NCBI GenBank assembly: GCA_951406725.2 | Contig: OX597820.1 | Coordinates: forward strand, 121,954,001 to 122,018,000 | DNA: 64,000 nucleotides | From: Octopus vulgaris | Lineage: Eukaryota | Direction: 5' to 3' | Shown here: piece by piece, positions 13,000 through 25,575 of the stretch | How the letters are laid out: each line of letters opens with the position of its first letter | Numbering within the stretch: position 1 is the stretch's first letter | Translations under genes and position numbers: made by a program | The notes under the pieces: generated by a model | What the model saw: only the letters and a program-made list of their open reading frames with translations | What the model was told of the DNA's origin: nothing | Databases searched by the model: none

Positions 13000-13188
13000 A
13001 GATCGTTAGCGACTACATACATTTTTTTTCTCTCCTTGTTTCTCTCCTTGTTTTTTTCTGTGTTCCTTTCTGTAGAAGAGCGTAGGCTCGAAACGTAAAA
13101 GACTTTTTCTATTCCTGAGCGTTATACTAATACATCTGTTTGTTTTGTACACCACCTGTCTTCGTCTTTTGTTTCTTTCGTAAACTCC
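13000..13188 (+). mobile_element. Short dispersed repeat with hammerhead-like fold (retrozyme/PLE-terminus-like), copy 1
   Basis: High identity to 28938-29114 (+) and 55890-56066 (-). Confidence 0.8.
13066..13101 (+). ncRNA. Putative minimal type I hammerhead ribozyme (variant core)
   Basis: cttt CTGTAGA A GAGC gtag GCTC GAAA CG TA aaag: stem I cttt/aaag, stem II GAGC/GCTC, palindromic ACGT stem III, GUA cleavage triplet. The core is CUGUAGA rather than CUGANGA. Confidence 0.5.
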
Positions 13189-13917
13189 ATAGTCTTCAAG
13201 GTCAATCTGTGCCAAGCAGCTTCACTCTACGCGCAATAGCTTCGTTACTATGGCAACAGTCCGTAAACTTATTGATCGGACCACGTAATTACAGACATAA
13301 GCTACCTGAGGGTTTGTACTTGTTCAAGAGTAGGTTTGCAGATGCATCACATATAGTTTGTTTTCATGTAGACATTTTCGCTTTTACTATCATCTATTAT
13401 TATTTTTAGTAGTAGTAGCAGCAGCAGCAGCGGCTATCTATTTGTTATACGTTATTTTCTTTATTCAGTAATCCAGTTATTTATCAATTTGTTTAGTTAC
13501 ATATTTACACATAACTCGCAATATTCGCAACAGTCGAAAACTAAACCGGTGCAAAGCGCATTGTGAACAGCGATATATAACATCTGATAGTCTGGTCGAT
13601 CACATGATATATTTTACCGATTTAAATACTAATGCGTATGCATAAATTCTATGTGTGTGTGTATGTTTTCACACGGAACGAAGGCGGGAAAGTGATAAAT
13701 GTTCCACCTCTCCCCTCTCTCTCTCTCTATCTACCTATCCCTCCCTCCCTCCCTCCCTCCCTCTAAATCTTTGATGTCATTTCGTCGTGAAGAAATGATT
13801 TCATTTTATGAATTGAATTTATTCCAAAAATTTGAAATCCAAAGAAATAGTCTAAACATTGTAACATCGTTTACAGAGTTAAGATATTTACACACACACA
13901 CATAATCACACACACTC

Positions 13918-13997
<80 letters not shown>

Positions 13998-14135
13998 TTC
14001 AGGATGATGGGCTAAATTCTAAAAATTTTTTTGTGTTGGAAGGGTTGTTCCTTGTTAACCACTTCGCAGATATGTGCGATACTGTTTTTATTATGAATTT
14101 CTAATTTTCTAGTTGTTGTTTTAATAGCCAAAGGT

Positions 14136-14185
<50 letters not shown>

Positions 14186-14479
14186 CAACTGGTTTGGTTG
14201 AGATAAATAACAATCTGTTAAAAGATTTGTGCTGTTGACTTGATGAAGTTGTTTATAACTCGACAAACATCCTTTCCTCAGGAAGTTGTCGGTTTGGTCA
14301 CCCGGGGTCGGGGAGGGGGCGGAGTTATATGGGGGGGAACTAGTGGGGATGGTGACGAGGGAATAGTGGTGGTGATGAAGAGGCAATAGTAAATGTCGTT
14401 GTAATTATAGGTCAGACTTGAACAGCTTTAAGAACAAAGGCGTTCCAGAGATGACCAGCCTGTCTTTTACAAACGGCTT

Positions 14480-14519
14480 TGTAGTAAGAAGCTTGCTTCC
14501 CAGTCTTGTGGTTTCGAGT

Positions 14520-14564
<45 letters not shown>

Positions 14565-14745
14565 CGTTCATGTTTGTGTTTGTTCCCTAACTCCGCTTGA
14601 CAACGGACATTGGTTTGTTCCCGTAACTTAGTGGTTCAGCAAAAATAATTGATGGGATAAGTGTTGGGGTCGATTCATTCGACTGAACCGTTCAAGGCAG
14701 TGCCCCAGCATGGCCAACGTCCAATGACTGAAACGTGCAAAACAA
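14480..14745 (+). mobile_element. Degenerate SINE family A copy split by (GT)n
   Basis: gtagtaagaagcttgcttccc...ggtttcgagttc head and tggggtcgattcattcgact...ccagcatggcc...aatgactgaaac tail. Confidence 0.55.
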
Positions 14746-14799
14746 AACAAGTCTATATAAATCACGGTGTTTTGTTTTTAGACATTAGAGTAACATTTT

Positions 14800-15300
14800 G
14801 AAGAAAATTTAGCTGTTATATCTAGCAGATCGACCAAACACGCAATGACACTATATGGATTCGTATATGCGATGGTGATGGGACATATTTTTGGGAAGCA
14901 GACAATTGTTAAAACCATTCTTGCAACGACTGGAAGAGGAACAGTCCAACTGAAACAATCTCCAGACAGGATTCCGCCAAAAACCTTCAGCCTTGTCCGC
15001 ATCTATACACAAGAGACACAGCGTAAGTCTTTTATTATAATCAAAAATGTTGCCTTCAACCGCTAATTTTAATTGAAAAGGCCGTGTCTCAAAACGATCA
15101 AAATAAGCGACTTCCATTGCATTCTACATTGGTTTGAAGAAACTGGAAGGAGAATTTTGATTTTCTTTCTTTGAAATTGAAAAAAGGAAAATGGAAATAA
15201 TAATCACACGCAGATTCTTTTTCACTTAATATTTTACTCATCTCTTCGTTAATTATGTGACCAATTAACTCGTCACGTGTTTCATTATCGTTCAATCAAT
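14800..15300 (-). pseudogene. Highly decayed PIF/Harbinger-like transposase fragment
   Basis: Frame-broken pieces (DYNKRLTLC..., GDCFSWTVPLPVVARMVLTIV, HHHRI) loosely resemble the N-terminal region of DDE_Tnp_4 transposases; judged by eye only. Confidence 0.3.
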
Positions 15301-15591
15301 CATCATTTAAGTTTGTCCTTTCGTCACCATTCACCACTTCATCGATGACCGGTTCCTCTCTGTCCAAGGTCTGGTCTAAGTCTGTCTAATCTATTATTGA
15401 TCTAATATCCCAGCCGAAATACAACAAAATATGCTTCAATATACGAAATCGCATCAAGAATCTTGAAAACCTAATTAACATAACAACGGGTAACAGAAAA
15501 TATCGCATAATATCAGATTCCTAAATAGGGATGGGGGTAGGGCTTATATCAGTGTGACCATTGATGGACAGACGTGCAAGTATGAGCATAC

Positions 15592-15639
<48 letters not shown>

Positions 15640-16892
15640 TATGATGTGTGTGCATGCATTCGTATATGAGTACGTGCACGCATGTGCATTTGTGATTGGA
15701 TCTAAACCCAATTTTTCGTAGAAAACTAAGCATGCTTAATGTAAGTTAGTATATTATAATATAATATGTGTAGTGTTCGGTAATGAACTAATAAAATGAA
15801 GATGGTTATTTTCCAAAGCAATTTTACCTCCTGCACGAGGAAAGTTTATGAATTGGTCGTACACCCGATGCACAGAGTCTAAGGAGGTTTTGCTGTTGGA
15901 CATTTCTTCATGAAGTTATCTTATGGGCTTCAGCTTAAATTATGCTTCAAAGTAAAACTATTTCACATCACTTCATACGTTGGCTGATAAAATGTAGAAG
16001 GGATTGGGATAAAGGGCCGCCATGTTCTGTACACATTAAAATGTTGATAAGGAGACGTGACAATGTTTAAATCTGAGAACTCAGAAGCCTTGAAAGAAGT
16101 GGGACAAAGTAAGGAGAAATTGGCTGAGAGGAGTCATTTTCCTTTTTTGTTCTCAGTAACTTGCGCTACCCAGTTTTTTTTTAACTATAAACAAAACATT
16201 CAATCTTCTCAGAAAGTCTAATGTTGCATCATTTTGGTGTGTGGGGCCAAAGGTGAAAGAGATATCAGTTGGGAGTGGAGAGGAATAAGAACTAGAAATG
16301 TATGGTGTTATTTCTAAATAATGATATCTGGTTATCGTTGTACATGAGAAACTGAACAAACATCTTTAGCAAATATTTCTTTAATGACAAATCCGCTTCC
16401 AAATACTGGTCACTATCATTTTGTCCCATCTGAGCAGAAAACATACATTTTTGGAAGACTACAAGCACAGATGTCTTACTTCTCCCAACCTAGAGAAATA
16501 AGTTTTACTAAGATTTGTGGGTCAGGTGTCTTGCTGATTGTAAAGAGATAGACTGTATGCATGGCGTTGGCAGGCCCTGTGACACCACTGCAAGTTGCTG
16601 TTTGTCCTTCATAACTCCCAATGAGCCCTCATTGAACAGAGCTGAAGATTAAAAGCCTCCTAAACATGCACATTCTGTCGTTCCAGATATAATATACTTT
16701 ATACAGTATCATCTAAACGCGTCATTATTTATGATATGGAGTGATCTGAGGAGAAATGGGTGTTATTTCTGGGACGTTGAGTTTCATGCCGTTCTTCTTA
16801 GCATTATGGTCTGTCCCAAATCAACGAACTTACGATGGAAACTATTCCAGCCGTGACCTTCCTGTCTTTTTCAATGTACATAAGTGTGTATA

Positions 16893-17279
16893 TTCTTTTC
16901 TTTTATTCTTTTACTTGTTTCAGTCGTGTGACTGTGGCCATACTGGAGCACCGTCTTTAGTCGAAGAAATCGACCCCAGGACTTGTTCTATGTAAGTCTA
17001 GTACTCTATCGATCCCTTTTGTCGAACCGCTAGATTACCGGAACGTAAGTACACCAACATCGGTTTCAAGTGATGGTGGAGCGACAAACACAGACACACA
17101 CACATATATACATATATACGACGTGCTTCTTTCAGTTTCCGTCTGCCAAATCCACTCACAAGGCTTTGGTCGGCCCGAGGCTATAGTAGACATATGCCCA
17201 AGGTGCCACGCGGTGGGACTGAACCCGGAACCATGTGGTTGGGAAACAAGCCTCTTACCATACAGCAACGCATGCGCCT
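16893..17279 (-). mobile_element. tRNA-derived SINE family A
   Basis: Full-length match to 20510-20910. Confidence 0.88.
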
Positions 17280-17329
17280 ATATAAATATTTCTATTATTT
17301 TCCAAAATTAAGATAAACAAAAATTTTTG

Positions 17330-17610
17330 TAAGCTAAAATATACTCTTTTTCATTTTCTACAATACTCTTCCATCTATCTGGTAGACTTGTAAGGCCCCT
17401 CTTCCAGATTTCACTCGTCCGTGATGAAAATACTCCTCCAGTACTGTTCTCACTTCGTCTTCAGAATTCATATTTGTTTCCGTCCAAATGATTTTGAAGA
17501 CTGCAGAATAAATGATAATCAGACGGGGAAATGTCCGGCAATTATGGTGGGTGGAGCATTGTTTCCTATTCGAACTGCTCCATCCTTTGGAATGTCATCC
17601 TCGAAGTATA
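17330..17610 (-). pseudogene. mariner transposase C-terminal remnant
   Basis: Minus strand reads MLHPP*LPDISPSDYHLFCSLQNHLDG, the mariner YSPDLAPSDYHLF motif. Confidence 0.85.
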
Positions 17611-17974
17611 CCTACCAAAAATTTGCCAGTGGTTTTAGTAGCAGAAACTGAAAGCAAGTTGTGTGTAAGTGTGTGTAGGAGGAGGAGGTAACCTAAAGTA
17701 ACCAGAAACGTTCTCTGTGGGACAAGCTCGCTGTAGTTCAGGCTCCATCTGCTAGAAGCCACTTGATGCAAACCTCAGGCATCAGTCTGCCGACCGGCAT
17801 GGTTTATTCGGGTCGAAAAACACCTGTTGTTATTTTCTTGTTTGTATTCGTCGTAATCGTGTACCATATACTCGGTTTTTTTTTGGGGGGGGGTGCCGCA
17901 CACATTCGCTAGCTATCTTACAAAGGGGTCTAATGTTCTTAGCTGAGATTTTTTGAGGGCAATCAGATCGAACC

Positions 17975-18148
17975 ATACCAGGAGTAACTACTCGAAACGG
18001 TCGTGATTTTTGGTACTTGACTGAGGAAAGAAGGCCACGAAAGACCCGTCTTTTTTTGCCTGTCCTTCTAATTGTTGTTTCCCTTGTCCACCTTTGTATC
18101 TTCTATCTGTCCGAATGTTTTATTGTCCTCTATTGCATTTTTGCTGCG

Positions 18149-18150
<2 letters not shown>
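17975..18150 (+). mobile_element. PLE-terminus-like fragment ending in (TA)n
   Basis: GAGT-aact-ACTC GAAAC GGTC ... CTGAGGA followed by a pyrimidine-rich tail; same layout as 24500-24705. Confidence 0.35.
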
Positions 18151-18191
<41 letters not shown>

Positions 18192-18249
18192 CAAATTAAT
18201 AGATAAAACATATGCATATATACATACATATATGTACGTACCTACATCT

Positions 18250-18441
18250 AAATGTATATATACATGCATATATGGGTACAGGACACAAAAAAACGTCGAA
18301 CACAATGAGAAACATAAACACAAAACCAAGGAAATGGACATTTTTCTTAAACAACGAAAAAATAGAGTACAGGACAAATAACACAATGAAAATTCCCCTT
18401 CTTCAGTCGCCATAGTTTCATCTACTCCGCGTTTCGAAAGT
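18250..18441 (-). mobile_element. PLE-terminus-like dispersed repeat
   Basis: Shares cgaaa..cggagtagat...ctga(a/t)gaaggg...tcctgtacccatatatgcat with 24545-24705 and 27727-27870. Confidence 0.5.
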
Positions 18442-18908
18442 GATGTATGTATGTGAGTGTGAGTGCGTATGTATATACTATATCTGCGTGTGTTTCTGCA
18501 TAAGTTTTCTTAAAAAGTGTATGATTTGAGGGATATCTAGCTGCATTGCCAGCAAGCCGATATCGTTCATAGAAGCCCCTTCTTTGTTGTTGTTGTTGTT
18601 GTTGTTAGTGGTGGTGGTGATGGTGTAGGCAATAGTGGAGATTGGAGCTGAGATAATAAAAAACACAAAGAAAAAAAAAACTTTTTGGGAAGGGAAAATC
18701 AAAAGAATAAAAACTTGTCTGGCGAAAGAAAATTTCTCTGAGATCTTTCTTTTGCACTTTGACATTTTTGTCATCATATGGAAAATAAAACAGCCAGAAA
18801 CAAGCTTTTCCGTTTGTCTGTCTGTCTGTTGTCTATCTGTCTCTTGTAACAAGAACACCTCTTACACGCGCGCGCGCTTGAGTGTGCACACACACGCTTA
18901 CGTGTATG

Positions 18909-18950
<42 letters not shown>

Positions 18951-19317
18951 TATATATGAGAAAGAGAGAGAGATGGAGAAGCATTTAGGTTGACATTCAG
19001 AGAAGATACAGAAATGTTTACAGAGTAAACGGCAGACATATATATCGAAAAATAGAGACAAGCGCAAAATGAATAACATGGAAGGGTATAAAGAAGTGTG
19101 TGTGTGTGTGTGCAGATAAATAAATAATGATAAACAGAATGATAGAGACGAAAAGGTATCTAAACAAAGGTGGACAAACAGACAGACTGACTGACAGACA
19201 GACGGACATATTGGGAGAGAGAAGAACGTGTACCTTTTGATCCAGACAAGGCGACTTGTAGGAGATATAAACACACACACACACACACATACACATATAC
19301 ATATATATATACACAAA

Positions 19318-19389
<72 letters not shown>

Positions 19390-19878
19390 AGAGCTGGTGA
19401 CTGATAGATATACAGACAGAAGGGACTGACAGAGCGAGGAAGAGATAAACAGTGATAAGATTTACAACCAACTTAACCAAGCAGTATTGACAGATAGACG
19501 AGCGGAAAACAAGAACTCCAGCAACGGGGAAGAGATGGGGGGGAAGCTGTTCAATCTAAACTGATAACTTTCAGGGTATTTACTTTTATCACTCTGCGCT
19601 CCAAGATCCGATCGTGTTGAAGGCCAATCTATAGTATTTGATTATTTATGCTGCTGTACCTAGAAGGTAGCGTTGGTCAATCTGAAGCCATTCGGGGCAA
19701 AATTCATCTCTTTCATCCTAGGCCAGCAAGTCTAAGCGACTCCATCCAGCCTCTAAGCTACAGAAGAATCTGAAATGTGCAACAAGCTACCAAAATAACT
19801 GATCCTTGCTGCATTGTTACCGAGATGTTTCTTCTTAAAACTACAAATTCAATGTGACTTGTTGTAAATAATTTCCTT

Positions 19879-20261
19879 GGAGGCGCAATGGCCCAGTGGT
19901 TAGAGCAGCGGACTCGCGGTCATAGGATCGCGGTTTCGATACCCAGACCGGGCGTTGTGAGTGTTTATTGAGCGAAAACACCTAAAAGCTCTACGAGGCT
20001 CCGGCAGGGGATGGTGGTGATCCCTGCTGTACTCTTTCACCACAACTTTCTCTCGCTCTTACTTCCTGTTTCTGTTGTACCTGTATTTCAAGGGGCCGGC
20101 CTTGTCACTCTCTGTGTCACGCTGAATATCCCCGAGAACTACGTTAAGGGTGCACGTGTCTGTGGAATGCTCAGCCACTTACACGTTAATTTCACGAGCA
20201 GGCTGTTCCGTTGATTCGGATCAACCGGAACCCTCATCGTCGTAACCGACGGAGTGCTTCC
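19879..20261 (+). mobile_element. tRNA-derived SINE family C
   Basis: A-box-like TGGCCCAGTGG and B-box-like GGTTTCGATACC head; the first ~180 nt are shared with 28049-28352. Confidence 0.85.
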
Positions 20262-20509
20262 AAATATTTTCATTGAAGTAGACTGGACAATTCCCGAGTT
20301 ACCCAAGTTCCAAAGACAGTTTACCAACCGACAACAGCTCGCTTGATTATCATTAACCCTATACACACGGCACATTCAAAATATTGCGAGCAGCAGTAGT
20401 AGTATATTCCGTATATTTTTACATGTTTCAAATAACCTCAATATATTTAAAATCGTTCTGTAGAGGCAAATCTTCAAGTTTTGTCATGAGTTTTTAAACT
20501 CTCCCATAT

Positions 20510-20910
20510 ACTCTTTCTCTTTTACTTGTTTCAGTCATTTGACTGCGGCCATGCTGGATCACCGCCTTTTAGTCGAGTAAATCGACCCCAGGACTTATTC
20601 TTTGTAAGCCTAGTACTTATTCTATCAGTCTCTTTTGCTGAACCGCTAAGTCACGGGGACGTAAACACACCACCATCGGTTGTCAAGCAATGGTGCGGTG
20701 ACAAACACACACAAACATATATACACATACATATATATATACATATATACGACGGGCTTCTTTCAGTTTCCGTCTACCAAATCCACTCGCAAGGCTTTGG
20801 TCGGCCCGAGGCTATAGTAGAAGACACTTGCCCAAGGTTCCACGCAGTGGGACTGAACCCGGAACCATGTGGTTGGTAAGCAAGCTACTTACCACACAGC
20901 AACTCCTGCG
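20510..20910 (-). mobile_element. tRNA-derived SINE family A
   Basis: Near-intact copy with an internal (TA/CA) tract. Confidence 0.9.
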
Positions 20911-20959
20911 GTTCCTCTAAAGAAAAATTTACATTTGGTTTCAGTGTCTTTTGTTTCAT

Positions 20960-21395
20960 TCTCAGTCAATCCACATTTCCGACAATATGCTGATTTTCAA
21001 CTTTAAAAGCGAGGTATTTTGTACCTTGAGCGATCTCCGTGGCCTTTGTCTTCTGTGGGGTCAATCCTAATTCAGTTGTATTCGCAACTTCATTCAAGTC
21101 TGTCGTATGAATATGTCCCTCGTTTAAGAAACAGATTGGGTTTATTTACATTTGTGAAGAAAAAAAGATACCCTTCCCCCAACCCTAACTTACCCTAACC
21201 CTAAAACAGATTGAAATGCAATAGATCGATACTAGGGTCATAATTATGGGTGACAATTTCATATGACACCGCTAACCGTTCAAACCGAAAAGATCCGATA
21301 TCTCCTGGATTTGCATTAAGAAAACCTAAAGTCACCTCTTGTAGATTGCTTTCAGATTCCACCAACAATACAATATCGTCCAGTGGATACGGCAC
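20960..21395 (-). pseudogene. Old LINE RT fragment (RTE/L2-like) interrupted by a 227-bp insertion
   Basis: Removing 21104-21330 restores YPLDDIVLLVESESNLQEVTTDLNEVANTTELGLTPQKTK (the YADD-like RT region). Confidence 0.7.
21104..21296 (-). mobile_element. Partial Merlin-type MITE, duplicated from copy 3 together with its flank
   Basis: Has the same TIR-adjacent deletion and the same ~34-bp flank as 22869-23101. Confidence 0.85.
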
Positions 21396-21542
21396 GGCTC
21401 AAGTCTCTGGACATTAAAACTGTTGACTGGTAAAGTGGCAAAGCTGATATTTCATTCATTAATTGGTTATTATTAATTTCGTCTTTTATTTTCAAAACAA
21501 TCCCAAATGAGTTGACTGATTCACCCGTCTATACTTCTCCTT

Positions 21543-21947
21543 CTGGCAGAAACGTTAGCACGCCTGGCGAAATGCGTAGCCGTATTTCGTCTGTCGTTGC
21601 GTTCCGAGTTCAAATTCCGCCGAGGTCGACTTTACCCTTCATCCTTTCGGGGTCGATAAATTAAGTACCAGTTACTCACTGGTGTCGATGTAATCGACTT
21701 AATCCCTTTGTCTGTCCTTGTTTGTCCCCTCTGTGTGTAGCCCCTTGTGGGTAGTAAAGAAATAGGTATTTCGTCTGTCGTTACTTTCCGAGTTCAAATC
21801 CCGCCGAGGTCGACTTTACCCTTCATCCTTTCGGGGTCGATAAATTAATTAAGTACCAGTTACGCACTGGTGTCGATGTAATCGACTTAATCCCTTTGTC
21901 TGTCCTTGTTTGTCCCCTCTGTGTTTAGCCCCTTGTGGGTAGTAAAA
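21543..21947 (+). mobile_element. tRNA-derived Nin/Deu-domain-like SINE family B with internal tandem duplication
   Basis: tggcagaaacgttag head, gagttcaaattcc B-box, ttcatcctttcggggtcgataaa central domain; the body is repeated from ~21765. Confidence 0.85.
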
Positions 21948-22643
21948 ATATATATATTTCTCCTTTTAACGACTGTGAAGAAATGGAAAGTTATGGAAAA
22001 ACAAGGTGAAATAATGACAACTGGGGGGGGGGGCAGCCTCTAAATTAGATTTTCCCCATCCCCACCATATCTCAAACACACTCCCTCCTCCTCCTCCTCC
22101 CCACTTTTTATTTCTTTCCTTATCACTAATTTACTTTTATATTTCCTTTGTATAGTTTTTCTTTCTCTACTTTTTCCTTTTACAGCTTCTCCCTCTCTCT
22201 CCTCCCACCCACTCTCTCTCTCTCCATCGTTATCTTCCTTAAATATTTTGTTTTTTATCGTTTCATTTGTACATGTGTGTGTGTGTGTGCGTGTTTGCAT
22301 GTGTGTGTGTGTGTGCGTGTTTGCATGTGTGTGCGTATATTTAATTTGTCTCAATTCTCCAAAGAAAGAAAGAATTATTTCGTATCAAAGAAATAAAATT
22401 CCGTACTGAAAATTTAAATGACAAAGCATTGAGTTATATCTTGAATTTCAGAAAGTCTTATATATCCACATTGTTCCTCTTACATACTGGAATTGTAGGT
22501 TACGAGTATGTCAGTTTCTAAATTCTGAAAACTCCAGATTTTCCACAACCAAGTAGACTAACAACTATGAGAACATCTTAAAATTTATCTGTCAACGAAA
22601 GTTAGAATTTCGAAACAGTTGACTTGTATTTAGTAGATATCTC

Positions 22644-23067
22644 GGATCTTTTCGGTTTGAACGGCAGTTTTTAACATAATTTCTAGGTAACTAAAAAATT
22701 TTAAACTTCGTATATTGGTAGAATGTGTTTATAAAACATCTTTTTCTCTTGGCTTTATTGAGAAAATTCTATAGTTGGTAAGATATTTGTTTTGTTTTTT
22801 TTTTCAATTTCTGCAATTTCAACCAATCACTGACGTCTATTGAGGTAAAAAGAAAAAACATTTTGTGCCATATGAATATGTCCCTCGTTTAAGAAACAGA
22901 TTAAGTTTATTTACATTTGTGAATAAAAAAAGATACCCTTCCCCCACCCCTAACCCTAACTAACCCTAACCATAAAACAGATTGAAATGCAATAGATCGA
23001 TACTAGGGTCATAATTATGGGTGACAATTTCATATGACACCGCTAACCGTTCAAACCGAAAAGATCC
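22644..23067 (-). mobile_element. Merlin-type MITE carrying telomeric repeats, copy 3
   Basis: GGATCTTTTCGGTTTGAACGG TIRs; 8-bp TSD GATATCTC (22636-43 / 23068-75); CCCTAA repeats at 22948-22971. Confidence 0.92.
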
Positions 23068-23263
23068 GATATCTCCTGGATTTGGATTGAGAAAACCTAA
23101 ATCTAGTTTGGTCTGATGGAACTATTCCGACTTGTGTGATTTAATTATTGTACGACCAAAAGAAATCTTAACATCGTTTGGATGTCAGCATCATCCTCGT
23201 GTTTGTCAGGAAACATATCGACGAATTCATCACTCGTTGATATTCAAAAATCCTCTTCACGTC

Positions 23264-23497
23264 TTAGTTAGTTAGTTAGTTAGTTAGTTTTTTGGCTCAA
23301 AAACAAAAAGCAAGGCCATGTAGGGGGACATGGAGTTATGTACAGGGTGGTGTTCATGTAAAGAGTTCAGGCCACTTGAGGTCAAGGGAAACTTTGAACA
23401 AAGCGGTCGTCGGCATCTTCACCATCTCGTCTAACAGCTTGTTCCACGGATCCGCAACCCGGACGGAGAAAGCCCCTCTCCTTCGATTGAGATCAGC
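23264..23497 (-). mobile_element. CR1-clade LINE 3' end
   Basis: Minus strand HLNRRRGAFSVRVADPWNKLLDEMVKMPTTALFKVSLD (CR1 FS.RV...WN.L motif), then a 3' UTR and a (CTAA)n tail. Confidence 0.8.
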
Positions 23498-23639
23498 CAT
23501 TTGTATGCGGTTGTGGATTAACTAGAGTTCAGCGTACTTTGGTAGAGTCTAGATCCAACCTGTAAAACGTTACTTTCATTATTTTGAAGAACTTGGTCGA
23601 CGTATTTGATTTTGCTGTGGTTTCTGAGCAATGTAGCTG

Positions 23640-23701
<62 letters not shown>

Positions 23702-24306
23702 TTTGTTAATGTGGGTGTGGATGTGTGCGGATATATCTGTTGACATATGGCAGCCAGCCAGTGGTACTTGAAGTGTTGTCAACGATGTTATGGTCCAACA
23801 GAAATGGTTGGATCTACTTAACTTTCTGTTCTTTAACCTTATCATTAACTTCATCTCATATTTGGCGCTCTACTGCCCCTCTTTCATCTCCCGTCTGGCA
23901 CCCATTTTCTTTTATCTGTCTTTGCCCTTTTTTTCTTATTATTTTCCATATTTCCTTCCATCCTTTCTTTCTTTCTTTCTTTCTTTCCCTTCACCTTCTT
24001 TCTCTTGTTATTCTCTGCGATGGCGGTTTATTGCCTGATTAATCACTTATGTTCTCCCGTTCCATCTCCTCTTATATCTCAATTCTAACCCTATTCTCAC
24101 CCTCTCTCCACCCTCTCTCTAACCTTGTCTCTTTATTTCTTTTATATCTCCTTCTTTCTTTCTGCTGGGGTTCCTGCGATTATAAAACAAATTTTTTGTT
24201 TACCTTCATTTCTCGAAATGTTAACCGAGGAACAACTCCAAACGTGCTTCGTAAACGCATTCAACATATTAAGTTTTGGTTTTGTAGTTATTACAGTGCG
24301 CGCGCG

Positions 24307-24362
<56 letters not shown>

Positions 24363-24499
24363 TGCACACATGCAAACACAGGAATATAAAATCTCTGATA
24401 CTTTGGTAGGTTTTGGCCAGTATTGGCCCAGGCCATGTCTACCTTAATAGTACCACCTGGCAAAGTCATTCAAATCAGGAATCGGGCAAAATGGCCCAC

Positions 24500-24702
24500 T
24501 CGAGGAGAGAGTTATTGTTTACGGAGATATATCCGCGTGTATACTCGAAATACGGAGTAGATAGACAGTCGATAACTGATGAAGGGCCCTTTCTCTGTTT
24601 ACTTGTCCTGTTCCCCATACTCTCTCGTTGTTTTTGTATTTAACTCATTTGTTTACGTATTTCATGTTGTTTGAACCGTTGGTGATGTCCTGTAACCATA
24701 TA

Positions 24703-24705
<3 letters not shown>
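24500..24705 (+). mobile_element. PLE-terminus-like dispersed repeat ending in (TA)n
   Basis: Homologous to 18250-18441 (-) and 27727-27870; contains GAAA...GTA...CTGATGA. Confidence 0.5.
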
Positions 24706-24751
<46 letters not shown>

Positions 24752-24829
24752 TGTTGTATCTGGGGAGAGTCATTTTCTTTTTGTACCCTATAATTTAACA
24801 CACTCACCAGTAAAATTTCCACTTATTTT

Positions 24830-24990
24830 TTCAAAGTAAACAGGGCGAACACGTGGTATAAAACTGACAAATATCAAGGAATGATGTTTGTAGAGGCCAC
24901 AGCCCAAGGAGAACTATTCCGTAGATTTAGAAAAGCTCTGAAGGAGACCAAACTCAACATTAAGATTGTTGAAAAGCCATGGTACATCTA
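24830..24990 (+). pseudogene. Penelope-like element ORF fragment (region between RT and GIY-YIG)
   Basis: Reads NTWYKTDKYQGMMFVEATAQGELFRRFRKALKETKLNIKIVEKP, resembling the WY...MFV.AT..GEL...KIVE motif of PLE proteins. Confidence 0.55.
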
Positions 24991-25264
24991 ATCCAAGCAC
25001 CCAAAAGACCCAACACTCAGGCAAATACGGGAGTACGTCCTTATAAAGAAACTTTCCCAAGACTAAATAGGAAATATACATAGTAGATATCATACCCCCA
25101 TACCCACAGTTTACAGAGGCAGAGTAGAATAGTTAGTGGGCTGTTATGAAGATAGATGTACGTGTGTGTGGGTGTGGGTGTGTATGCACATGCTTTTTTG
25201 TTTCTACGTAAGCATATGGATATGAAAATAAGCAAATCAACATACAGACGAATATATATGCATC

Positions 25265-25305
<41 letters not shown>

Positions 25306-25323
25306 GTATAAATGTATGTATCT

Positions 25324-25356
<33 letters not shown>

Positions 25357-25436
25357 ATCACATATACTTTGATAGGTTTCGGCCATTATTGGCCCAGGCC
25401 ATGTCTAACTTAATAGCACCATAGATATATACTTGT

Positions 25437-25474
<38 letters not shown>

Positions 25475-25492
25475 GTATAAATGTATGTATTT

Positions 25493-25531
<39 letters not shown>

Positions 25532-25536
25532 ATCAC

Positions 25537-25575
<39 letters not shown>

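Noticed and set aside
19879-19955. tRNA gene
   Set aside because: A/B-box-bearing SINE head that continues into the SINE body; no proper cloverleaf or terminator.
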